A stretch of 57,808 bases of DNA from Flavobacteriales bacterium UBA3431 (lineage in GTDB: Bacteria > Bacteroidota > Bacteroidia > Flavobacteriales > Schleiferiaceae). Location: contig DFSS01000043.1 in NCBI GenBank assembly GCA_002381225.1, positions 60,013 through 117,820 on the forward strand. The letters run 5' to 3'. Made by a program: the position numbers and the translations under genes. Of this stretch, positions 10,668 to 18,626 are shown in pieces. Within the stretch, counting starts at the first letter, position 1. Every line of letters starts with the position of its first letter. Below the pieces are notes generated by a model. That model worked only from the letters and a program-made list of their open reading frames with translations, had not been told where the DNA came from and did not search any database.

Positions 10668-12428
10668 ATGACTCCTACTCGCCTCTTTGATTTCGCGTAC
10701 TACGCCCTGGAACAACACCCCCGCCCCGACGCTTTAAACACCAAGATCAACGGCCAATGGGAATCCTTATCTACCGCTGACTATGTCGCCAAAGCGGAAA
10801 AGCTAGCCCTCGGCTTGATCGCCCTCGGGGTGAAACCTGGCGATAAAATTGCCATCATTTCCACGAACAACCGTACGGAGTGGAACATTTGCGACCAAGG
10901 TATTCTTTCTGCAGGCGGGATTGATGTCCCCGTGTATCCCACCATCTCCTCCGAAGATTATAAGTTCATTTTCAACGACTCCGAGGTTAAATACTGCTTT
11001 TTAAGTGACGCCGATCTGTTTCACAAGGTCAAGGCCATCCAAGCCGACGTGCCGAGCCTGAAAGAGATTTATTCCTTTGTGCCGGTTGAGGGCTGCGCCC
11101 ATTGGGATGAAGTATTTGCAGTAGCCGACGAAGCACACCGCCCCGAATTGACGGCCCGCATGGCGGCCGTGAAACCCGAGGACCTGGCTACCCTCATATA
11201 CACTAGCGGCACCACAGGGACGCCGAAAGGAGTTATGCTCAGCCACCACAATATTTCCAGCAATGCCTTGGCGTCTTCGCAGCGGCTTCCAGTCGGCCCT
11301 GGCGCGAAATCCTTGAGCTTTTTACCACTCTGCCACAGTTACGAGCGGGTCATTGTATACATCTACTTAACCACCGGCGTGGGCACCTACTACGCGGAGA
11401 GTATGGAGACCATTGGCGACAACCTTCGCGAGGTGCATCCTGAAGTATTTACCGCTGTTCCCCGCTTGCTTGAAAAAGTATACGACCGCATCATGGACAA
11501 GGGCAAGGATCTGACGGGCGTGAAAAAAGCCCTCTTCTTCTGGGCCGTGGGTCTGGCAGAAAACTACGAGCACAGCGGCAAATCGCCACTGTACTATGCC
11601 CAGCTCAAACTCGCCCGCAAGCTTATCTTCTCCAAGTGGCAAGAGGCACTGGGTGGAAAAACCCAAGCGGTCGCCTCCGGAGCCGCGGCATTGAACCCCC
11701 GATTGGCCCGCATCTTTGCTGGCGCCGGCATTAACATTCAGGAAGGCTATGGCTTGACGGAGACGTCGCCCGTGCTTTCGGTGAATTTGCCCACTGGCCA
11801 AGGCCACAAACTCGGGACCGTAGGAACACCCATTGAAGGCGTGGAACTTAAATTGGACAGTGACGGCGAAATCCTCGCCAAAGGCCCCAACATCATGATG
11901 GGTTATTATGGACGCCCCGATTTGACGGCCGAAGTCATGACCGAAGACGGCTGGTTCCGCACCGGAGACATCGGAGAGATCCTGCCTGGCGGATACCTCC
12001 GTATCACGGACCGCAAGAAAGAAATCTTCAAAACAGCCGGCGGCAAGTACATCGCTCCCCAAAACATGGAGAACGTCTACAAGGAAAGCCCCTTCATCGA
12101 GCAGTGCATGGTGGCTGGTGAAAACCGCAAATTCCCCGTCTTGCTTCTCCAGCCCCAATTTGACTTCTTGCAAAACTGGTGTACACGCAAGGGCATTGCC
12201 TGGACCACGGCCGAAGAAATGGTGCAGCACCCGCTTGTTGTGGCTCGTATCCAAAAGGAAGTAGACACGAAGAATAAACAATTCGGCAAATGGGAAGGCG
12301 CCAAGAAAATCCTCATTACATCGGACGCGTGGAGCATCCCAGCTGGGCACCTAACCCCAACCATGAAATTGCGCCGAAAGCCCATTTTGGCGATGTACGA
12401 CGCGGGCTACGAAAGTCTCTATGCGTAA
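10668..12428 (+). CDS. Long-chain fatty acid--CoA ligase (AMP-forming acyl-CoA synthetase)
   Basis: AMP-binding signature IYTSGTTGTPKGVMLSHHN, plus GYGLTET and TGDIG..ITDRKKEIFKTAGGKYIAP; 586 aa. Confidence 0.9.
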   Translation: MTPTRLFDFAYYALEQHPRPDALNTKINGQWESLSTADYVAKAEKLALGLIALGVKPGDKIAIISTNNRTEWNICDQGILSAGGIDVPVYPTISSEDYKFIFNDSEVKYCFLSDADLFHKVKAIQADVPSLKEIYSFVPVEGCAHWDEVFAVADEAHRPELTARMAAVKPEDLATLIYTSGTTGTPKGVMLSHHNISSNALASSQRLPVGPGAKSLSFLPLCHSYERVIVYIYLTTGVGTYYAESMETIGDNLREVHPEVFTAVPRLLEKVYDRIMDKGKDLTGVKKALFFWAVGLAENYEHSGKSPLYYAQLKLARKLIFSKWQEALGGKTQAVASGAAALNPRLARIFAGAGINIQEGYGLTETSPVLSVNLPTGQGHKLGTVGTPIEGVELKLDSDGEILAKGPNIMMGYYGRPDLTAEVMTEDGWFRTGDIGEILPGGYLRITDRKKEIFKTAGGKYIAPQNMENVYKESPFIEQCMVAGENRKFPVLLLQPQFDFLQNWCTRKGIAWTTAEEMVQHPLVVARIQKEVDTKNKQFGKWEGAKKILITSDAWSIPAGHLTPTMKLRRKPILAMYDAGYESLYA

Positions 12429-12446
12429 ATTGGGTGGACCCTTCGC

Positions 12447-13487
12447 CTAGGCGAGGTGCACCGCAACATAATTACGGAAGCGCTCCAAAATGGCTTCCAT
12501 ATCTTCCGGTAGAGCGGCTTCAAAACGGAGCCGCTCTCCTTTTTTGGTGGGGTGCTCAAAGCCCAACATGCGGGCATGGAGCGCTTGGCGCGCACAAATT
12601 TTGAGGTTGTTGACCATGAACTCCTTGAATTTCGGCCAGCCCGGTTTGTCGGGCATTTCCAGACCTCCATAGGTTTCATCCCCGAACAAAGGATGCCCGA
12701 TGTGCTTGAAATGCGCGCGAATTTGGTGCGTTCGGCCCGTTTCGAGACGGCAGGCTACAAGGGTAGCAAATCCAAAGCGCTCCAACACGCGGTAATGCGT
12801 CACCGCATGCTTTCCATACTTCCCATCCTCAAAGACCGTCATGACCTTGCGGTCCTTCAAGCTGCGTCCAATATGCCCGGTAATGGTTCCCGCATCCGCC
12901 TCCACATTCCCCAAGGCCACCGCATAGTATTCGCGCTCCGTCGTGTGGTCTGCGAACTGTTTGGCCAGGAAGGCCATCGCATACTCGTTTCGGGCAATTA
13001 CCAACAACCCCGAGGTGTCCTTGTCAATCCGGTGCACCAAGCCCGGGCGCTCACTTTTGTCGCCATCGGGAAGATGCTCAAACAGATGCAATAAGCCGTT
13101 GATCAGCGTTCCAGAATAGTGTCCATAGCTGGGATGCACCACCATGCCCGCCGGCTTGTTTACGACCACCACATCGCTATCGCAGTGCACCACATTCAAA
13201 TCCAAATCCTGGGCAAAGAGCTCAATCTGTTTGGGAGGTTGTGCCAAAACGAGCGTCACCACATCGCCCGGTTTCACCCGGTAATTGCTCTTGACTGGCT
13301 GCGCATTGACCCGAATGGCTCCCGCATCCGCCGCCTTTTGTATGCGGTTGCGCGAGGTATGCGTCATGAAGTTGAACAAAAACTTATCTACCCGCAACAA
13401 TTGCTGTCCCGGTTCCGATACAAATCGGAAATGCTCATAGAGCTCTTCTTCGTCCCCTTCCCAGGATTCGGCTACATCTCCTCGCAT
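12447..13487 (-). CDS. rluD: RluA-family 23S rRNA pseudouridine synthase (RluD-like)
   Basis: N-terminal S4-like domain, catalytic-Asp motif GLVHRIDKDTSGLLVIA, and TGRTHQIRAH motif. The start ATG shares one nt with the upstream stop (TAATG). Confidence 0.9.
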   Translation of the reverse strand: MRGDVAESWEGDEEELYEHFRFVSEPGQQLLRVDKFLFNFMTHTSRNRIQKAADAGAIRVNAQPVKSNYRVKPGDVVTLVLAQPPKQIELFAQDLDLNVVHCDSDVVVVNKPAGMVVHPSYGHYSGTLINGLLHLFEHLPDGDKSERPGLVHRIDKDTSGLLVIARNEYAMAFLAKQFADHTTEREYYAVALGNVEADAGTITGHIGRSLKDRKVMTVFEDGKYGKHAVTHYRVLERFGFATLVACRLETGRTHQIRAHFKHIGHPLFGDETYGGLEMPDKPGWPKFKEFMVNNLKICARQALHARMLGFEHPTKKGERLRFEAALPEDMEAILERFRNYVAVHLA

Positions 13488-15271
13488 TAGCGCTGGATCA
13501 TAAATACATAGTGAGGGCCTGCTTCAAAGTGAAGGACATACATCCCTGCAGGCCAATCCGAGACAGGAAGTTCCCATCCCGGTGTGGGGGCAAATCGCCC
13601 CATTTCTTGCCCAAAGGCTGAGTATACCACCGCCTCGCCCGTCCCAGATGGGCCGCGAAGCACGTCCTGAGCAGGATTGGGGTAGACAAAATCGAGCTCA
13701 CTTGGAATTTGGTCGATCCGCAAGTCTTGAGGAAGGCCGCGAAAAAATGGGCGAATCATGAGGCGTCCAGGTAGCAAAGAGGGGAACCACCCCGCATAAT
13801 CCCCATAGGCCTTTGGGGCAACGCCACTCAGGTCCAAGCCCACCGTGATCGCCGGCCCCGTGGTCTGGATGAGGCCGATATACACTTTTTTGGGCACCAC
13901 CAATCCCAAGGTATCCAAGACATAGTGCCGAAAGGGGTCGCCCGCATAGGGCAATTCGGGCAGGTAGGCGCTGTCACTGAGGTACAAAACCTGCCCAGGC
14001 AATCCCGCGGTATCCACTTCCCAAACTCCCAACTGGAAGGTCATCGCGGCCCAGTCAAAGCCAGCAGGCACAAAAGATAGATCCACCCCCCGAAGGGTAT
14101 CGCTTTGCAAAAACTCAAATTGCTGCGCCCATTGAGGCGAGGTTCCTTGGCTCACACCATAGCTGCGTTCCGCCGTCCCATCGTCGAGCCCGTAACGTGC
14201 GTGCAAGGGTTGGTCAATGTACAGGGTATCATTGCTCAACTCGCCCACGTTTTCGCCGTCAAACCATCCCGTAAAATGGTAGGTCTGCGGGCCGAGAGGC
14301 TGCAAATTGGGCTTGGTCAATGTGAAGGGATAGGGGGTGCTGCTGTTGTGGTTGAGGGTTGTCACGACCGGGACATTTGAGCGGCTGGCAACCACGTTGC
14401 CCGCATCATCTTTCCAGACATACTTGCCCAGGTTCAGTTGCCACCCGCCCACTGGAGCCGTACCATTTCGGCGATAGGCCGTCGCCAAACTGTCGCGCTC
14501 GAGAACAAACGCGCTGTAGTGCCACCATGGCAGCTCAGAATATGCGCGAAATAAACCCGAAGGAACCCGCGACCAGGCCGGATCAAAGAGTGCGGTATCA
14601 GACACGGTGCGGGCCATCCCAAACTCCAAATAATCCAGCAAGAAGTGGTCAAACGCACCACCCGGCGAGCCATACCGGCTGACCCGGAATCGCACCCCGT
14701 TTTGGCCATTCAGATGCGCAGGGAGCGCAATAGCCTGAGCGTGCCACCGACCCGTGTTCGCCCCTCCTCGAAGCCCCCAGCCGTGTTCCCACGCGTTGGT
14801 ACTTGGATTCCAAAAGTGAACCAAGAGCGAGTCTTGGGTTTCCGTTGGATCGCCCTGCCCTCCTTGCTGCAAATAAAAACTCAACACCCCGTTGCTTTGA
14901 CCCGTCAAATTGAAATAGGGCGAGACCAATGCATCGGTGAGGGAATCATTTCCCAGAACTCCCGGGCGATACGCTTGCCCATCGGCGGCGATTCCGTCAA
15001 AGACCGCGGCCCCCAAAGAGAGCGGATCCACAGACCACTGGCTCCCAGCGATCACTCCAAACGAGGTCCAGGCGGGGTGCAAGCGGTGTGAAAATCCATC
15101 GACAAATGGAGGCAGAAGGGTATCTGTGGTTTTGGCGAGCGGCCGAGGCGGCTGGATCGTCCCTTGCCGAGGCATGAACCATGCCTCTACCGGCTGGGCC
15201 CACCCCGAAAGGTTGGCCAGGACCAGTATTAGCGCAAAAAGGCGCCCGAACTTCATGGGATTATTCTTCAT
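13487..15271 (-). CDS. Secreted protein with T9SS (Por) C-terminal sorting domain; possible MAM/choice-of-anchor-J-like N-terminal jelly roll
   Basis: Signal peptide (MKFGRLFALILVLANLSGWAQP). The last ~70 aa (DFVYPNPAQDVL..AGMYVLHFEAG..) fit the type A T9SS CTD pattern. The N-terminal third (VLSFYLQQGG..LLVHFW..RFRVSRYGSPGGAFDHFLLDYLEFG) resembles MAM-type domains, weakly. The start may be ATG 15256. Confidence 0.75.
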   Translation of the reverse strand: MKNNPMKFGRLFALILVLANLSGWAQPVEAWFMPRQGTIQPPRPLAKTTDTLLPPFVDGFSHRLHPAWTSFGVIAGSQWSVDPLSLGAAVFDGIAADGQAYRPGVLGNDSLTDALVSPYFNLTGQSNGVLSFYLQQGGQGDPTETQDSLLVHFWNPSTNAWEHGWGLRGGANTGRWHAQAIALPAHLNGQNGVRFRVSRYGSPGGAFDHFLLDYLEFGMARTVSDTALFDPAWSRVPSGLFRAYSELPWWHYSAFVLERDSLATAYRRNGTAPVGGWQLNLGKYVWKDDAGNVVASRSNVPVVTTLNHNSSTPYPFTLTKPNLQPLGPQTYHFTGWFDGENVGELSNDTLYIDQPLHARYGLDDGTAERSYGVSQGTSPQWAQQFEFLQSDTLRGVDLSFVPAGFDWAAMTFQLGVWEVDTAGLPGQVLYLSDSAYLPELPYAGDPFRHYVLDTLGLVVPKKVYIGLIQTTGPAITVGLDLSGVAPKAYGDYAGWFPSLLPGRLMIRPFFRGLPQDLRIDQIPSELDFVYPNPAQDVLRGPSGTGEAVVYSAFGQEMGRFAPTPGWELPVSDWPAGMYVLHFEAGPHYVFMIQR

Positions 15272-16046
15272 CGTTGCTTTGAAGGAGATGGGACTCCCCT
15301 ACCCAAACGCGCACCACCCCATCTTTATGCGTGACAAACATGCCCTGCGAATCGCTGGGCAGTTGAGAAATGATTACCCCTTGGGTCATGGTGGTGTCCC
15401 CTTCGACCCATTCCAGGCGCAAACCGCTGAGCTGTAGGATGGCCTTCGCTTCCCCGAAGCGCATGCCTAGGAGATTGGGCACCGCGTGGGTAGGTGGGCC
15501 CGATCGCTTTCCGACCACCAGGTCGATGGCTGTTCCCTTCCGAACCTGGCTCCCTTCGGCGAGGACCACTCCTCCGGCACTAGCCGACAAAACCAAGCCT
15601 TCAGCCAAATCTGGGACAAATGTGATGCGTCCGACGCGCAGGCCCCGGGAGGTTAAATCCAGTTCCGCCCTCTGTAAGGTCCGCTCAACCAATAAGGGCA
15701 GCGCCACCCGACCGGGACGGCGGCGATTGATGCTCAACTGCACGGTGCGACCGGCTTTGGCCGTCGCTCCCGCCATGGGGTACTGATCTACGACGGTGCC
15801 GGGATCCATTTTGGGGAAGTACAAACTGCTATCCAGCACTTCGGCTTGAAGGGCTCCTTCGGCCAAGCGAGCTTGGGCTTCCTCCCAGGTCAACCCCGTC
15901 AAATCTGGGACAACCTCGACCTCGCCATGGCCCGTGATTCCTTTCAAAATCCAATTGGCACTCAACCCTAAGAGGGTGAAGAAGGCCAGTGCGAGGGCTG
16001 CATTCAACCAAAAGGTCTTGCTGCGAAGGAATAAAATCAGTTTCAT
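15261..16046 (-). CDS. Stand-alone PASTA-domain membrane protein
   Basis: N-terminal TM segment (FWLNAALALAFFTLLGLSANWIL) followed by three ~65-aa repeats opening VPDLTG.., LPLLVERT.. and VPNLLG.., typical of PASTA units. No kinase or PBP domain. ATG 16046 is preceded by a perfect TATTTTTG box. Confidence 0.8.
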   Translation of the reverse strand: MKLILFLRSKTFWLNAALALAFFTLLGLSANWILKGITGHGEVEVVPDLTGLTWEEAQARLAEGALQAEVLDSSLYFPKMDPGTVVDQYPMAGATAKAGRTVQLSINRRRPGRVALPLLVERTLQRAELDLTSRGLRVGRITFVPDLAEGLVLSASAGGVVLAEGSQVRKGTAIDLVVGKRSGPPTHAVPNLLGMRFGEAKAILQLSGLRLEWVEGDTTMTQGVIISQLPSDSQGMFVTHKDGVVRVWVGESHLLQSNDEE

Positions 16047-16052
16047 CTCCTG

Positions 16053-16060
16053 CAAAAATA
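16053..16060 (-). promoter_or_regulatory. -7 box TATTTTTG (minus strand), 6 nt upstream of the PASTA-gene ATG
   Basis: The plus strand reads CAAAAATA; perfect TAnnTTTG. Confidence 0.5.
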
Positions 16061-16083
16061 GCCAACTGCTTTCCACCACCCGC

Positions 16084-16091
16084 TATCTTTG
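16084..16091 (+). promoter_or_regulatory. -7 box TATCTTTG, 4 nt upstream of the ddl ATG
   Basis: Perfect TAnnTTTG in the 49-nt divergent spacer. Confidence 0.5.
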
Positions 16092-16095
16092 AAAT

Positions 16096-17109
16096 ATGCG
16101 TACACGTGTTGCCGTCGTCATGGGGGGATATTCGAGCGAATTCGGGATATCCGTCAAAAGTGGAGAAACGGTTTTCCATGCCTTGGACCGTTCCCTCTTT
16201 GAAGTCTATGGACTCACCCTCTCCAAGCAGGGCTGGGCCGCCGTTGACGAAATGGGGGAGACGGTGGGCTTTGATCCGAGCCAAATGCACATTTTGAAGC
16301 AAGGCGCCTCCCAAAAACTTGACCTCATTTTTAATCTGATTCACGGGCATCCTGGCGAGGATGGAACCCTAGCCATTACCTGGGAGGCTCTGGGCATTCC
16401 TTACACGTCCTGTTCTCCGGCCACATCCGCACTTACCTTTCACAAGGCGTGGACCAATGGGGTAGTAACCCGTTTGGGCGTTCCCGTTTCACCGGCCATT
16501 TGGACCCAAGCAGACGTAGCGCCAGAAAGCCTCTACCCAGCCATAGAACTGATGCAGTTTCCCCTTTTTGTGAAGCCCTGTCGTAGCGGCTCGAGCTACG
16601 GGGTTAGTCGAATATCGAGTCCCGAAGAATTAGGGGAAGCCCTGCAAGCTGCTGGCCTAGAAGACCAAGCCATTGTCATCGAAGAAGGGGTGACAGGAAT
16701 CGAAGTGGGCTGTGGTGTCGCCCGTCTAGACGGCCGCGTCGAATCCCTAGGCATCACTGAAATTGTCCCCAAGAAGGCCTTTTTTGATTTCGCCGCCAAA
16801 TATGAAGGGCTTTCGGAGGAAATCACCCCGGCACGCATCCCCGCCGAGGCCGCTGCGTGGGTTGAAACCTACACACGCCGCATCTACGAAGGACTCGGTC
16901 TAGCCGGGTTCTGCCGGGCAGACTTCATCCTACCCGCCGAGGGGCGTCCAGTGCTGATCGAAATCAACACCGTGCCCGGGATGAGTGCCGAAAGCATCCT
17001 GCCCAAACAACTTGCCGCACGCGGAACCTCGCTCACAGAATTTACTACCTTGGTGGCTCAACAAGCTCTTGCCGATGCCTCGAATCGCTCTTTTCCCGGG
17101 ATCTTTTGA
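16096..17109 (+). CDS. ddl: D-alanine--D-alanine ligase
   Basis: VAVVMGGYSSEFGISVKSG N-terminus, IHGHPGEDGTL, ATP-grasp core, and LIEINTVPGMS near the C-terminus. Confidence 0.92.
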   Translation: MRTRVAVVMGGYSSEFGISVKSGETVFHALDRSLFEVYGLTLSKQGWAAVDEMGETVGFDPSQMHILKQGASQKLDLIFNLIHGHPGEDGTLAITWEALGIPYTSCSPATSALTFHKAWTNGVVTRLGVPVSPAIWTQADVAPESLYPAIELMQFPLFVKPCRSGSSYGVSRISSPEELGEALQAAGLEDQAIVIEEGVTGIEVGCGVARLDGRVESLGITEIVPKKAFFDFAAKYEGLSEEITPARIPAEAAAWVETYTRRIYEGLGLAGFCRADFILPAEGRPVLIEINTVPGMSAESILPKQLAARGTSLTEFTTLVAQQALADASNRSFPGIF

Positions 17110-17542
17110 CCCAATTACCCTCGGCCACGTCAACATCGTGGAACGGGCCGTGCCGCTATTCGATGAAATTATTTTGGCGGTCGGAGAAAACTCGGAGAAG
17201 CACTACCTCTTTCCCTTGGCACAGCGGATGCAATGGATGCGCGAAACCTTTGCGCACCACCCATCCATCCGGGTTGTCTCCTATACGGGCTTAACCGTGG
17301 ATTTTGCGCGGAGTCAAGGCGCACATTTCTTACTTCGTGGCCTTCGAAACCCAGCAGATTTTGAATTCGAAAAAGCCATCGCCCAAGCCAACCGGGAAAT
17401 GGAGCCGAGTCTCGAAACGGTGTTCTTGCTCACCAGTGCACGGTGGGCATTTATTTCCTCCAGCATTGTCCGCGATGTGATCAAGAATGGTGGCGACTAT
17501 ACCCGCTTTGTGCCCGAATCTGTCCGGGTAGCGCGCACTTAA
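17075..17542 (+). CDS. coaD: Phosphopantetheine adenylyltransferase
   Basis: MPRIALFPGSFDPITLGHVNIV (HxGH-type nucleotidyltransferase motif) and ISSSIVRD motif; 155 aa from ATG 17075. Overlaps the ddl 3' end by 35 nt in another frame. Confidence 0.92.
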   Translation: MPRIALFPGSFDPITLGHVNIVERAVPLFDEIILAVGENSEKHYLFPLAQRMQWMRETFAHHPSIRVVSYTGLTVDFARSQGAHFLLRGLRNPADFEFEKAIAQANREMEPSLETVFLLTSARWAFISSSIVRDVIKNGGDYTRFVPESVRVART

Positions 17543-17961
17543 TCGCGCCGGGCTGCCTCTGCTACGGCTTGAATCGTGGCATATGTGGACGCCAAATGGG
17601 CCTCCCATTCAGAGGCATCCACCCAACGGACCCAATCAATACCCTCCTCCGTTTGGGGTGATACGGGCGGGACCCCAAGTACCTGCATCCGGTACCAATG
17701 CGTGGTCTTCACGACGGTCTGGCCACGAAGGAGGTATTCATGCACCGTCTCTGTGAGTTTTGGGCCCAAAATGAGCCCACTCAACCCACATTCCTCCTCG
17801 ACTTCGCGAAGCGCACATGTGGGGATGTCCTCCCCTTCCTCCAACTTTCCTTTGGGCAAGTCCCACTGGTTCAGGCGATAGATCCAAAGGACCTGTCCGC
17901 GCTCATTTTCGACCCAACCGCCTGCTGCAGTCATCGAAATGTGGTCGTACTTTTGCGTCAT
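17539..17961 (-). CDS. NUDIX hydrolase
   Basis: Nudix box GKLEEGEDIPTCALREVEEECGL. The start is uncertain: ATG 17961 or ATG 17934. The longer track ORF (to 18075) is antisense to the conserved pyrE N-terminus and is unlikely to be real. Confidence 0.8.
   Translation of the reverse strand: MTQKYDHISMTAAGGWVENERGQVLWIYRLNQWDLPKGKLEEGEDIPTCALREVEEECGLSGLILGPKLTETVHEYLLRGQTVVKTTHWYRMQVLGVPPVSPQTEEGIDWVRWVDASEWEAHLASTYATIQAVAEAARRD
17948..17955 (+). promoter_or_regulatory. -7 box TACTTTTG, 4 nt upstream of the pyrE ATG 17960
   Basis: Perfect TAnnTTTG. It lies inside or next to the 5' end of the opposite-strand NUDIX gene. Confidence 0.5.
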
Positions 17962-18607
17962 GGTTAATGAGTCTGAAACCGCCAAACGTCTGGCTGAATT
18001 ACTGCTGCAAATTAGGGCTATTGAGTTGCGCCCCGACGCCCCCTTTACCTGGGCCTCTGGCATCCTTTCTCCCATTTACTGCGATAACCGGGTCACCTTG
18101 TCGCACCCCATGGTCCGTACGTATTTGCGCGAGCTAATGGCTCAGAGCATCAAAGCTCAGTACCCCACGGTTGAAGTCATTGCGGGCGTGGCCACCGGGG
18201 CGATTGCTCTAGCTGCTTTGGTCGCCCAAGAACTCAATCTTCCCATGATTTACGTGCGTTCGGCCGCGAAGGGCCATGGACGGCAAAACCTCATCGAAGG
18301 GCACTTGACCAAGGGTGCGCGCGTCGTGGTCATCGAAGATTTGGTGTCCACCGGCATGAGTTCCCTGCAAGCAGTGGATGCCCTGCGCGAGGCAGAGGCC
18401 CATGTGCTCGGAATGGGCGCGATTTTCACCTATGGCTTCCAGCAGTCTGTGGATGCGTTTGCCGAAAAAGAGTGCCCCCTGTTCACGCTGAGCGACTACG
18501 ACCACCTCCTAGGTGTTGCCGAAGCGCGAAACACCCTTCACCGCGAGGAAGCCGAGGCGCTGGCCGTATGGCGGAAAGACCCCGCTGGGTGGGGTGCCAG
18601 CCGTTAA
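17960..18607 (+). CDS. pyrE: Orotate phosphoribosyltransferase
   Basis: PRTase motif VVVIEDLVSTGMSS and N-terminus MVNESETAKRLAELLL..FTWASGILSPIYCDNR. A perfect TACTTTTG box lies 4 nt upstream of ATG 17960. Confidence 0.93.
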   Translation: MVNESETAKRLAELLLQIRAIELRPDAPFTWASGILSPIYCDNRVTLSHPMVRTYLRELMAQSIKAQYPTVEVIAGVATGAIALAALVAQELNLPMIYVRSAAKGHGRQNLIEGHLTKGARVVVIEDLVSTGMSSLQAVDALREAEAHVLGMGAIFTYGFQQSVDAFAEKECPLFTLSDYDHLLGVAEARNTLHREEAEALAVWRKDPAGWGASR

Positions 18608-18626
18608 GCGACCACCCGCCTCCCCC

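Noticed and set aside
12443-12454. Perfect 12-nt palindrome TCGCCTAGGCGA between the acyl-CoA ligase gene and rluD, considered as a terminator.
   Set aside because: The stem leaves essentially no loop, there is no T-run, and it overlaps the rluD stop codon. It is too weak to call a terminator.
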